Shown piece by piece: positions 21,269-32,604 of a DNA stretch of 32,604 nt. This DNA is from Octopus bimaculoides. Its lineage: Eukaryota. Under the pieces are notes generated by a model. It did no database searches. It saw only the letters and a list, made by a program, of their open reading frames with translations, and was not told where the DNA came from. The position numbers were made by a program, and so were the translations under genes. Position 1 is the first letter of the stretch. Each line of letters begins with the position of its first letter. The stretch spans positions 58,903,814-58,936,417 of the forward strand of contig NC_068991.1 in the NCBI RefSeq assembly GCF_001194135.2. The letters are read 5' to 3'.

Positions 21269-21970
21269 ACATTAAAACACTAAGGGCAACGAAACGTAAC
21301 ACCACACCTCATCTCAAAGCAACCTGTATATATCAACTCACAACCTTAGAAACAATGTGGCACACAACACCATTGTGCAAAATCTACCCATGCTCTCTTG
21401 ACATCCAAAACACATAAATTCATCAATTGCAAAAATCAGCACAAATCACTAAAAAGACATCTAACAAATGCGAAGCTTTACTCAACAACCACGAAACCAA
21501 CGGTTAAAAGATGTTGACGCCCAAACAAGGAGAGAAGTTCACAGTTAAAACCAACTTCACTAGTGCTTCCGAGAATCTAATTTATGTTATAACTTGCTCA
21601 GGTTGTGGACATAATTATACAGGACAGACAAATATGACACTGCGATGGTGAACCACACTACATAAGGAACAGATCAGTTTTCCGCAATACACACTGATTC
21701 CTTTGAGTAAACACATAGAGAGATGTGCAGGCAATATCCAACCAAACTTTACAGTTTTCCCCATCTACCAGAGCAAAGAAACAATTTCTGTACAAGAACG
21801 TTTAAATAAAGAAAATTTGTTCGACGAAAAATACAGAACACGTCTAAATATATATCTTAATTCATGATTACATACCCATCACTGTAAATATTTCATCTGT
21901 CTACTTTAGCTGTTGATTATTTTGTGTATATTTATTTATTCCCTCCCTGAAAGGTGAACAATTACCTCCT
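21269..21970 (+). mobile_element. Penelope-like element, 5'-truncated (RT end, linker, GIY-YIG EN, part of 3' UTR)
   Basis: Frameshifted STHNLRNN..QNLPML, INCKNQHKSLKRHLTNAKL, PTVKRC*RPN, then the endonuclease frame. Confidence 0.88.
21526..21867 (+). pseudogene. GIY-YIG endonuclease of a PLE, with in-frame stop
   Basis: QGEKFTVKTNFTSASENLIYVITCSGCGHNYTGQTNMTLRW*TTLHKEQI..SKHIERC..ERLNKE; NxIY-CxxC-YxGQT pattern; TGA at 21649-21651 sits where the conserved Arg is expected (probable CGA>TGA decay). Confidence 0.9.
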
Positions 21971-22085
21971 CCAGAAAAGACAGGCCCAACCCAAGGACTC
22001 TAGAGAAAATTCGTTGATGGTATATGCTCCATACCGAGAATAGGCCTTAAAAGCTTCTCTGCTTTTATTAATATTTGTAATAATC

Positions 22086-22285
22086 AGGGTGGCGAACTTG
22101 CAGAATCGTTAGCACGCCGGAAAAATGCTTAGCGGCATTTCGTCCGTTTTACGTTCTTAGTTCGCTGAGGTCGACTTTGCCTTTTATCTTTGCGGAGTCG
22201 TCGATAAATTAAGTACCAGTTGAATGCTGGGGTCAATGTAATCTCTACTCCAGAATTGGTGGTCGTGTGCCAAAATTTGAAAACA
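22086..22285 (+). mobile_element. SINE family B, near full length
   Basis: GGTGGCGAACTTGCAGAATCGTTAGCACGCCGG head, GAGGTCGACTTTGCC, CGATAAATTAAGTACCAG, GTGTGCCAAAATTTG tail. Confidence 0.88.
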
Positions 22286-22539
22286 TTATAATTATGTTAT
22301 GATTTCTTCAAATGCCATGCAGGAAAATCATTTTCTCGCCAGTTAACAAATTTATTTGCCACAAAGAAATATTCCAATATTTTATGATACACAAACGAAA
22401 AGTAGATAGAAAATAACAATAGCTGAACGGAAACTAAATAATAAAACGTACAAGAAAATATGAAATATCTTTAAGGAAAAGATCAGAATCGAACTCATTC
22501 GTGTTTTTCACATAACACGCACACAATATGTGAGTACAT

Positions 22540-22563
22540 GAGAATGTTTGTGTGTGTGCGGCA

Positions 22564-22606
<43 letters not shown>

Positions 22607-22896
22607 GTATATATATATATACAAACACATGCACCAGTATATATAACTATATACGCGCATATGTAAGTATGCACACAGACATGTATGCATGTATGGATAT
22701 AAATATATTTTGTAACACAGAATCGCTTACATACACACACATCAAACGTACACACACATATACATATTTATACTTATATACATATAAACATACATAATAT
22801 ATACGCACATACATAAAGAGAAATGTTTTTATGCATGTTTGTGTGCGCATGTGTGTATGTATGTATACACGTATGTGTGTGTGTGTGTGTTGGTGT

Positions 22897-22945
<49 letters not shown>

Positions 22946-23010
22946 ATATCGAGGTATATATGTGTATATATGTGTGTGTGTATGTATGTTTGTGAACGTA
23001 TATATATATA
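22540..23010. repeat. Compound (TA)/(TG)/(CA) microsatellite field
   Basis: Visible up to gap 23011-23471. Confidence 0.9.
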
Positions 23011-23665
23011 NNNNNNNNNNNNNNNNNNNNNNNNNNNNNNNNNNNNNNNNNNNNNNNNNNNNNNNNNNNNNNNNNNNNNNNNNNNNNNNNNNNNNNNNNN
23101 NNNNNNNNNNNNNNNNNNNNNNNNNNNNNNNNNNNNNNNNNNNNNNNNNNNNNNNNNNNNNNNNNNNNNNNNNNNNNNNNNNNNNNNNNNNNNNNNNNNN
23201 NNNNNNNNNNNNNNNNNNNNNNNNNNNNNNNNNNNNNNNNNNNNNNNNNNNNNNNNNNNNNNNNNNNNNNNNNNNNNNNNNNNNNNNNNNNNNNNNNNNN
23301 NNNNNNNNNNNNNNNNNNNNNNNNNNNNNNNNNNNNNNNNNNNNNNNNNNNNNNNNNNNNNNNNNNNNNNNNNNNNNNNNNNNNNNNNNNNNNNNNNNNN
23401 NNNNNNNNNNNNNNNNNNNNNNNNNNNNNNNNNNNNNNNNNNNNNNNNNNNNNNNNNNNNNNNNNNNNNNNTGGACAGAGATATAGATCAGTGTTTGATG
23501 ATGGAGGAATGTTGAAGCACAGTTGGAGTTCCAAGACGAGATGGAAAACGTGAAGTGTGAATATACAGGAACACCTCAACTTACGTCGGTAATTGTTAAC
23601 AATACATAAGACTTAACTCGGAAATAAAGAATACGAAAAGCACTGAAAAAAAAACTTATCAGTGA

Positions 23666-24245
23666 GCGTGGCTGTGTGGCGGATGCGGAGGCGTGGGTGT
23701 GCTGCATAGGCGCATGCGTGGTTGTGTGGCGTAGACGCAGGCGTGGCTGTGTGGCGTAGGCGCACGCGTGACTGTGTGGTAAGATATTTGCTTCCCAACC
23801 ACATAGTCTCGGGTTCACTTTCACTGCGTGACACCTTGGACAAGTGTCTTCCATTATAGCCACGGGCCGACCAAATTCTTGTGATTGGATTTGGTAGACG
23901 GAAACTGAAAAGCCTTCGGATGTGTGTGTGTGTGTGTGAGTGTGTTTTTAATCTCTGTGTTTGACCCCTACTTCCAATACCTCCCCTTTATCTGTTATTA
24001 ACTAAAATGAAACTGCTACAGCTAGTAATCTTGTTTCCCATATAATTCTTAAGATTGATAAACGGACAACCAATGTTGGATTGTTTACGCCTCCGTGAGT
24101 TAGCATTTCAGCAAAAGACACTTATAACGTAAGTGCCAGGCATAAAAAGGAGCATCTGTACTAAGGTCGATATATATTTGTTTGGCTAATACCCACGAGG
24201 CGGTGCCCCAGCATGGCCAAAGTCCAATAACTGTAATAAGGTAAA
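23666..24245 (+). mobile_element. SINE family E with tandemly amplified 5' head
   Basis: 25-bp units at 23666, 23691, 23716, 23741 and 23766; the last continues into the normal body (CTTCCCAACCACAT, CCTTGGACAAGTG, internal (TG)n, GGCGGTGCCCCAGCATGGCC tail). Confidence 0.88.
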
Positions 24246-24329
24246 GACATTTCTTTAAATTTATTCCCCTCTGTAGAGTAGAATGAGCGCTGCTGCTGCT
24301 ATTGCTGCTGCTGTTGTTGTTGTTGTTGT

Positions 24330-24450
24330 TTTGTTGTTATTGAGTTGTGTACCATGTCCATGTTGAAAAGCATTCAAAAAGCTCATGGGAGAGATATATT
24401 TAAAGACGTCCTGGCCGTGGCTATCCCATTCTATTTCCAGGTATAACGCC
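24330..24450 (-). mobile_element. Family C fragment with (TTG)n tail on the plus strand
   Basis: AAAGACGTCCTGGCCGTGGCTATCCC resembles 5320-5350 and the reverse complement of 15160-15190; preceded by (GTT)n. Confidence 0.4.
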
Positions 24451-24516
24451 TCTAGAACTTCACTCTGTCGTTCGCTTAAGGTGGCAGCTTGAACTTTCAG
24501 AGCGATTTAGTTATTA

Positions 24517-24548
24517 CTAGACTACCCGTGACCCGCTGGGTCACCGGG
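24517..24548 (-). mobile_element. Helitron-type 3' terminus
   Basis: Minus strand CCCGGTGACCC-AGC-GGGTCACGGG (10-bp GC-rich stem, one bulge), 4 nt, CTAG, then T. Confidence 0.6.
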
Positions 24549-24739
24549 GAACTCAGTTTCCCAGCAAAGGAGTTTTGTTTCGTGGGTTTCTTTCTTTTTC
24601 GTTTGTTAGAACCAGGCCCCTTCGAATATATTGTTCCCTGGTGACAAAAACTACGTAACCTCACATCGCGGTCACATAAACACAAGCGATAATCAATGCA
24701 TTTTGGGTAGCTGAGCATTGTGTTTTTGCATTGTTACGC

Positions 24740-24838
24740 TTATTACAGATCAATCCGTGAAAAGCGTAACATGTTTCACACTTAAGTGTAGCGGATTATC
24801 CCGGATGAGTGATGAACGAATCAGTGATAAACGAGGCA
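24740..24838. repeat. Dispersed ~100-bp repeat, copy 2 (partner at 2364-2461)
   Basis: See copy 1. Confidence 0.7.
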
Positions 24839-25209
24839 TCATGACTGTGTATTTAGCAAGTACACACGCCGCAGATATATGAGCAGGTGCAGAAGACATC
24901 CCAAATAACTTCCAGCGTAGTTTTCATGTATCAAACTTCTCAATCACACGATGTGAAACCTTATCCGTGTTTACTTACAGACAGACGCTTATTTTGTTAA
25001 GTCGCTTTTGCTGTTGCGGCTGCCATTTTTAACCTTAAACTAAAGTCGATTAAGTCATCTGAGTACAGAGGACATGACAGTTCTTTCACGGACAATAATT
25101 AAATCAGCAGCAACAAACAAAAAAGACAACTACAACAACAACATCAAAACTGAAATGGAACGCTGGAATTTATTAATTTTCTCCCACACAGAACGAAGTT
25201 TGGTTTTTA

Positions 25210-25638
25210 TTACTATTTTCGCTTACTTGTTTCAGCTCTTGAAATGCGGCCATGCTGGGACATCTCCTTGGAGGGTTTTAGTCAAACAAATCGACACTAG
25301 TGCTTTTCTGTTTTTTTTAATATAAAATAAGTTATNNNNNNNNNNNNNNNNNNNNNNNNNNNNNNNNNNNNNNNNNNNNNNNNNNNNNNNNNNNNNNNNN
25401 NNNNNNNNNNNNNNNNNNNNNNNNNNNNNNNNNNNNNNNNNNNNNNNNNNNNNNNNNNNNNNNNNNNNNNNNNNNNNNNNNNNNNNNNNNNNNNNNNNNN
25501 NNNNNNNNNNNNNNNNNNNNNNNNNNNNCGGCGAGCTTCCACAGGGTCCATGGTAGAAGATTACGCACCGTGCAATGGAACTGCACCCGAAACCATTTGG
25601 TTGCAAAGCGAGATTCTTAACCACGCAGCCATGCCTGT
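25210..25638 (-). mobile_element. SINE family E, spans gap 25336-25528
   Basis: Minus head CAGGCATGGCTGCGTGGTTAAGAATCTCGCTTTGCAACC; plus-strand TTGTTTCAG..TGCGGCCATGCTGGG is the reverse-complemented tail. Confidence 0.8.
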
Positions 25639-25668
25639 CTATTTTATTTTATGTGATTTCTTAGCTTG

Positions 25669-25703
<35 letters not shown>

Positions 25704-25872
25704 TGATGTTCTATATATAATTTCTTGAGAAATAGTTCAAGCGTTACAGAAATTCAGGAACGAAGAAGGGAGTTGATTAAATGCTGAGGAAAAAGAAAAC
25801 AAGAATGAGATTTTCAACTTCAAGGATTGCACTAGAACAACAAAAGTTACCTTACACTAAATTTCGTCACAC

Positions 25873-26165
25873 AAATCGACCCCAATACTGATTACATTTT
25901 TGTAACGCCTGGTACTTATTTCATTAGTCTATTTTGATGAACCGTTAAGTGACTGGGACGTAAACATGCCAACACCGGTTGTCAGGTGTTAATAGGGAAC
26001 AAACACACACACACACATATGTATAAATATTGGACGGGCTTCTTTCAGTTTCCTTCTTCTGGTCCGAGGCTATAGTAGGAAACACCTGCCGAAGATACTG
26101 CACAATGAGACTGAACACGGAATCTTGTGGTTGCAAAGCAAACTTCTTATCGTACTGCCAGGCAT
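25873..26165 (-). mobile_element. SINE family E, diverged and internally deleted
   Basis: Reverse complement has AAGAAGTTTGCTTTGCAACCACAAG, CTACTATAGCCTCGG, AAACTGAAAGAAGCCCGTC, internal (TG)n, GTTTACGTCCC. Confidence 0.75.
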
Positions 26166-26428
26166 GTATGTACGTAAACCGTGTACATTCCATAATTAAT
26201 AATTCTTTACAGCATGTATTGAGTACATTTTCTAGAATTTTTTAGGCTTAGCAGAATCTATTACAATGTTGGCTATACACGATTATAAAATGAGTTAAGC
26301 GTGTATGAATGTGTGATTGAGTCATATATATGTGTGTATGAATCTGTTGTATTTGTGAATGAAGAGGAGAGGGTTCTTATGTGTGTGCACGTGAGTACGC
26401 GTCTGTGTAAGAAGTGGAGGCCGTGCAT

Positions 26429-26429
<1 letters not shown>

Positions 26430-26498
<69 letters not shown>

Positions 26499-26885
26499 AT
26501 GTGTGCGAGTTTGCGAGTTTGCGTGATTGTGTGTATGTGTGTATTAGAGATGTGCGTGTGATAAAATATATATTTATGAAACAGAGAGATTTTATTTTGG
26601 AAACTGAAAACACCTGCTAAATATATATGAGTAATTTTCATAATTAACAGATGAATTTATGCGTATATGTCTCGCTCCCCCCTCTCCTACACTTACACAC
26701 ACATGCATACACACACTCACACACACACACTTTCTCTCTGTCTCTCTTTCCCTCTTCCTTTCTCTCGCTCTCTCCCTATATATACACACACACACACACA
26801 TACAAACACACACATACGCACACATATATACACATATACCAAGGAACGTTTTTGTGCGAATATATATATATATATATATATATAT
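26430..26885. repeat. (GT)n, (CA)n, (CT)n, (TA)n microsatellites
   Basis: Directly visible. Confidence 0.9.
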
Positions 26886-27020
26886 GGGAGAATATACAAA
26901 AAATAACAACAGACGAGGACAGGTGGTGTAAATAACAAAAGTATATATTAGTATGACGCTCGGGAATACGGAAAGTCTTTGACGTTTCGAGCTACGCTCT
27001 TCAACAGAAATATACATATA
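26884..27020 (-). mobile_element. Hammerhead-containing PLE-type terminal fragment, copy 1
   Basis: 137 bp identical to 27733-27869 and similar to 31100-31226; flanked by (TA)n. Confidence 0.65.
26977..27010 (-). ncRNA. Hammerhead-like fold with CUGUUGA (A6U) core, copy 1
   Basis: Minus strand TTT-CTGTTGA-A-GAGC GTA GCTC-GAAA-CGTC-AAAG. Confidence 0.6.
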
Positions 27021-27732
27021 TATATATATATATATATATTCGCATACANNNNNNNNNNNNNNNNNNNNNNNNNNNNNNNNNNNNNNNNNNNNNNNNNNNN
27101 NNNNNNNNNNNNNNNNNNNNNNNNNNNNNNNNNNNNNNNNNNNNNNNNNNNNNNNNNNNNNNNNNNNNNNNNNNNNNNNNNNNNNNNNNNNNNNNNNNNN
27201 NNNNNNNNNNNNNNNNNNNNNNNNNNNNNNNNNNNNNNNNNNNNNNNNNNNNNNNNNNNNNNNNNNNNNNNNNNNNNNNNNNNNNNNNNNNNNNNNNNNN
27301 NNNNNNNNNNNNNNNNNNNNNNNNNNNNNNNNNNNNNNNNNNNNNNNNNNNNNNNNNNNNNNNNNNNNNNNNNNNNNNNNNNNNNNNNNNNNNNNNNNNN
27401 NNNNNNNNNNNNNNNNNNNNNNNNNNNNNNNNNNNNNNNNNNNNNNNNNNNNNNNNNNNNNNNNNNNNNNNNNNNNNNNNNNNNNNNNNNNNNNNNNNNN
27501 NNNNNNNNNNNNNNNNNNNNNNNNNNNNNNNNNNNNNNNNNNNNNNNNNNNNNNNNNNNNNNNNNNNNNNNNNNNNNNNNNNNNNNNNNNNNNNNNNNNN
27601 NNNNNNNNNNNNNNNNNNNNNNNNNNNNNNNNNNNNNNNNNNNNNNNNNNNNNNNNNNNNNNNNNNNNNNNNNNNNNNNNNNNNNNNNNNNNNNNNNNNN
27701 NNNNNNNNNNNNNNNNNNNTATATATATATAT

Positions 27733-27869
27733 ATGGGAGAATATACAAAAAATAACAACAGACGAGGACAGGTGGTGTAAATAACAAAAGTATATATTAG
27801 TATGACGCTCGGGAATACGGAAAGTCTTTGACGTTTCGAGCTACGCTCTTCAACAGAAATATACATATA
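27733..27869 (-). mobile_element. Hammerhead-containing PLE-type terminal fragment, copy 2 (possible assembly duplicate)
   Basis: Identical to 26884-27020 on the other side of gap 27049-27719 (offset 849). Confidence 0.55.
27826..27859 (-). ncRNA. Hammerhead-like fold with A6U core, copy 2
   Basis: Same sequence as 26977-27010. Confidence 0.5.
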
Positions 27870-28149
27870 ATAAATAATAATATGCGAATAATGAGAAAGA
27901 CTTTTAGAAATATAATTACAAAATTATATTGATTCTAAACAAAATTATAATCCAGATAAATATCATTCTGTATTTGTTTTTGTTATTTTTGATGTTGTTA
28001 TTATTGTTGGTGATGATGATGATGATGATGACGACGACGACGATGTTGTTGTGGTTCTTGTTGCTTTTAACGTATTTCGTTATCAAAATAACTTCATAAA
28101 CTTATTTAGATAATTAATTTCTTTCATTTATAATTACGCTTATAACAGC

Positions 28150-28155
28150 CATAAT

Positions 28156-28219
<64 letters not shown>

Positions 28220-28221
28220 GA

Positions 28222-28280
<59 letters not shown>

Positions 28281-28345
28281 TTATTATAATGATGATGATG
28301 ATGATGATAATTATTAACATTATTAATATTGTTCATGTTGTTATC

Positions 28346-28404
<59 letters not shown>

Positions 28405-28455
28405 GATTATTATTATTATCATTATTATCATCATCATCATTATTATTATTATTAA
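28150..28455. repeat. (AAT)n ... (ATT)n inverted microsatellite pair
   Basis: Long AAT run at 28150-28290, ATT run at 28350-28452. Confidence 0.95.
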
Positions 28456-28739
28456 ACCTATCTCATGCATCTATTAGGTGTTCCTTTTCGCGTTGTAATG
28501 AACTGAGTTTTACACACTTTTAATTAACTTGAGTCAGCAATTAAAACCACGGTTTTAATTGAAATTCAATTCACAAACACACAGATATTCCATATATGTA
28601 TGCAAATGTATGTGTATATATATGCATGCATATATGCGTGTGTGTGAGAGAGAGAGTGTGTTTGTGTGTATGTTTCTGCGTGTTTGTGTGTGTTTGTGTG
28701 TTTGTGTGTGTGTGCATAGTGATACATGTATATGTATAA

Positions 28740-28793
<54 letters not shown>

Positions 28794-29070
28794 GTATGTA
28801 TGTATGTATGTATGTATGTAATATATGTATGTATACATGAGTATATTCATATATAAATAATATGCACGCGCTTACTCTCACCTTTACACACGTATATGTT
28901 TGTGTGTGTATGTATATATATATATATGTATGTATGTATGTATGTATGAGTGCACTTGTGCCAGAGTGTATAGTAAATACAGGTAATTAAAATCTCAGAA
29001 TCTACGTCAAAGAAATAAACAGAATTAACAAAAATAACAATAACAATTATAACAGCGATAATGATATTCA

Positions 29071-29330
<260 letters not shown>

Positions 29331-29334
29331 TTGA

Positions 29335-29500
29335 ATTTTGTCCGTCTTCACGGCCTGAGTTCAAAATCCGCTGTGATCAACTTTGATTCTTATTCTTTCC
29401 GTATCGATGATATATGCAGCAGATGAGCCACTGCGAACGATGTAATTGATTAGCCACATTTCCCAAAATTCCAGGCTTTGCGCCTATAGCAGAAAGATTT
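29335..29500 (+). mobile_element. SINE family B, old headless copy
   Basis: CCTGAGTTCAAAATCCGCTG..CAACTTTG..GATGTAATTGATT..CCAAAATTCCAGGCTTTGCGCCTATAG aligns loosely with other B copies. Confidence 0.6.
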
Positions 29501-29607
29501 ACTATTATCATCACCATCACCATCATCATTACTATAATTATTCTTGTTGTTATTATTATTATTATTGTAGTTGTTGTTGCTGTTGTTGTTGTTGTTGTTG
29601 TTGTTGT

Positions 29608-29797
29608 AGATGTCGCACAGCATACAATATCGTGAGGTTGTTGATGGAAAATATTGTGTCTACCGGGGTTTTGTACTGTTTGTCAAGTCACAAGAAGGAC
29701 CTCAGACAGACAGTATTTTATGCAATATGCGTGCAGTTCCAAGTAATGCCGACTTTTGCAATACATCTAGATTGTAGGGTATCTCTAAGGTTTTTAG
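29608..29797 (-). mobile_element. R4/Dong-clade non-LTR retrotransposon 3' end, severely 5'-truncated
   Basis: Minus strand 29797-29702 encodes LKTLEIPYNLDVLQKSALLGTARILHKILSV*, the QKxxLLGTARILR-type C-terminal motif of R4-clade ORFs, followed by a ~95-bp 3' UTR; embedded in TAA/AAC repeats. Confidence 0.75.
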
Positions 29798-30345
<548 letters not shown>

Positions 30346-30841
30346 GTATGTATGCATGTATTTGATTATGTATATTAATTGAAGAATTAATTACAGAAAA
30401 CAAAAATATAACATAAATCTCCACGAGACACTTGTAGAGATGTGAGAAATCATAATTGTGACACAACATTCCAATCTTATCTCCAGGGATCGGAGAGTGG
30501 AATATGGTATGAGGAACATTCGTTCTTCAAAAGGTATAAGACAGTACGGTCAAAAAAGAAGCAATATACATGTACGTACATGGGTGGCAAAAAAAAATAA
30601 TCGATATCCATGTTTTTACCTGGGGTGATTGGAACTGATTGGAAATAGTGTCAGGTGAGAGTCAGGGAGAATCAAAGCTTAGTTAAAACAGAGCACAAAA
30701 TTTGCACCTCAGACATGGTTGTTCGCCATAACTGAGTAAAATCACGTGACCTGATTCTGAGTACGTGTATGTATGCATGTACGTATGTTTGTATGTATAT
30801 ATTTATGCGTAAACACACATATATATATATGCATGCACGTA

Positions 30842-30884
<43 letters not shown>

Positions 30885-31058
30885 NNNNNNNNNNNNNNNN
30901 NNNNNNNNNNNNNNNNNNNNNNNNNNNNNNNNNNNNNNNNNNNNNNNNNNNNNNNNNNNNNNNNNNNNNNNNNNNNNNNNNNNNNNNNNNNNNNNNNNNN
31001 NNNNNNNNNNNNNNNNNNNNNNNNNNNNNNNNNNNNNNNATATATATGCATGCACGTA

Positions 31059-31099
<41 letters not shown>

Positions 31100-31103
<4 letters not shown>

Positions 31104-31252
31104 GAGAATTCACGATAAAACAACAGACGAAGACAGGTGGTGTAAACAACAAATGGATGTATTAGTATAACGCTCGGGAATAGAGAAAGTCTTTAACGTT
31201 TCGAGCCTACGCGCTTCAACAGAAAGGAACACAGAAAGAAACAAGGAGAGAA

Positions 31253-31255
<3 letters not shown>
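31100..31255 (-). mobile_element. Hammerhead-containing PLE-type terminal fragment, copy 3
   Basis: Diverged homolog of 26884-27010 (ATGGGAGAAT..CAACAGACGA.GACAGGTGGTGTAAA..CGCTCGGGAATA..GAAAGTCTTT..CGTTTCGAG..TTCAACAGAAA); (TA)n on both sides. Confidence 0.65.
31191..31226 (-). ncRNA. Hammerhead-like fold with A6U core, copy 3
   Basis: Minus strand CTTT-CTGTTGA-A-GCGC GTAG GCTC-GAAA-CGTT-AAAG; 4-bp stem I, ACGT palindrome. Confidence 0.6.
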
Positions 31256-31286
<31 letters not shown>

Positions 31287-32384
31287 GTATATATATATAC
31301 ATATTTGTTTTGCAAGATTTTTTATGTCAAATCGTGTATTGAAACAGATGTTGTTGTACTTGGGGATGGTCATATTGCCATTTTAGCCAATAAAAACACA
31401 CGCACTGTATATTTGGTGTTAATTTGCAAATTAACACCAAATATACAGTGCGTGTGTTTTTATTGGCTAAACTGGCAATATGACCATCCCCAAGTACAAC
31501 TTTCCATGCATTTCACCTCAATATACCAATTCGTAGAATCTTCCAGAAACTACGTTCCCAAAGGAAACGTGAGCATGCGCAGAATGCACAAACGTACTTA
31601 CACGCAGAGGCTACGTGAGTATTCTGACAAATATAATGATCCAAACATACAGGGTTCGAATTAATACACATTTACATTTCCTTCATTCGCATACGGACAT
31701 ATATGGAGATTGCTCCGTGTTTTTGCGCTTCCCTGTTGACATTCCGTCCTTGACCTCTCCGATGACTACACAGTCCTGCTGCAAATCTGCTAATTTGAAG
31801 CAAATGTGACAAACGAAAGTTGCAACTCACTGAGTGTGCACATCGAAATGGTTTGCATATGTGGCCACTTTTCCATCGCCATTGGACATTCATTAGCTGG
31901 AATGACAAATGAGTTCATCATAAAGTGACATCTGTAAGTCACTTTATAATGAATAAACGCTTGTGCAACACGGGTACCACCCTCTCGGTTTGTAATCATA
32001 CCTAATGATAGCACGGAGTGAAATAACCAACAGTAATACGAAACTGTAGGTCTTACATTTTTACATCAATGTGTCCCAAACCTATAAAGATGATGTGCGA
32101 ACAGCTTGATGTCTCTCAATCCCAGGGGTTTTAGTGCGAGCCCTGATACCAGCCAAGGGTATTTTTGCGTTCTCGTGCTCAGATGGATTGTCATCACATT
32201 TGCTACTTGACCCTTATTCAAGACCCTGAAAAGTGCTACTTTACCAAATGAGAGTAATCCTGGAAACAATAATGATTAAGGCGTGGTTCCATGTCTCAGA
32301 ACCTGGAATTTCCAAACCAGAATCCCACTAACGGGTGCAGTTAATGCCATACTCAAGACGCAGACACACGTATATATTTTACAT

Positions 32385-32505
32385 TACATACATACACGCA
32401 CGCACACACACACATACATACATACATACATACATACATACATACATACATACATACACATACATGCATACATACATACATACATACATACATACATACA
32501 TACAT
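32385..32505. repeat. (CATA)n microsatellite
   Basis: Directly visible. Confidence 0.95.
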
Positions 32506-32604
32506 GTCTAGATATGCAACTATATGCATGAGAATAATTACATAAAACAAAGCATACAAATCTGCGACTATACATTCTTACATACATACAAAAAAATACA
32601 CTAT

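Noticed and set aside
30487-30533. 47-bp candidate exon (CTCCAG|GGATCG..AAAG|GTATAA; GSESGIWYEEHSFFK)
   Set aside because: Good splice consensus but no homology or linked exons; needs RNA-seq before any call.
31810-31930. CICGHFS, loosely like a GPS/GAIN motif
   Set aside because: Lacks the conserved Trp/Gly-Cys spacing and splice boundaries; the frame is closed by stops.

Overview
AT-rich, microsatellite-saturated eukaryotic non-coding DNA with 11 assembly gaps (about 3.5 kb of N). The repeat repertoire points to a cephalopod, probably Octopus (inference from SINE types and microsatellite load). No host protein-coding exon, rRNA, true tRNA or CRISPR array can be supported, and almost every ORF in the track is a simple-repeat or gap artefact. 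The window is a transposon graveyard. It holds tRNA-derived SINEs of at least four families, an internally deleted mariner, an RTE-clade LINE fragment, an R4/Dong-like 3' end sitting in (TAA)n, a hAT MITE with TIRs and TSD, a Helitron-type 3' end, and several Penelope-like element (PLE) remnants. One PLE has a GIY-YIG endonuclease and an inverted pseudo-LTR. The most interesting signal is five minimal hammerhead-ribozyme folds from three different PLE-type families. One has a canonical core (10235-10280), one an apparently compensatory A3-U8 core (20783-20815), and one family shows an A6U core in all three copies (26977, 27826, 31191). All calls were read by eye; family names rest on motif recognition, not database searches.
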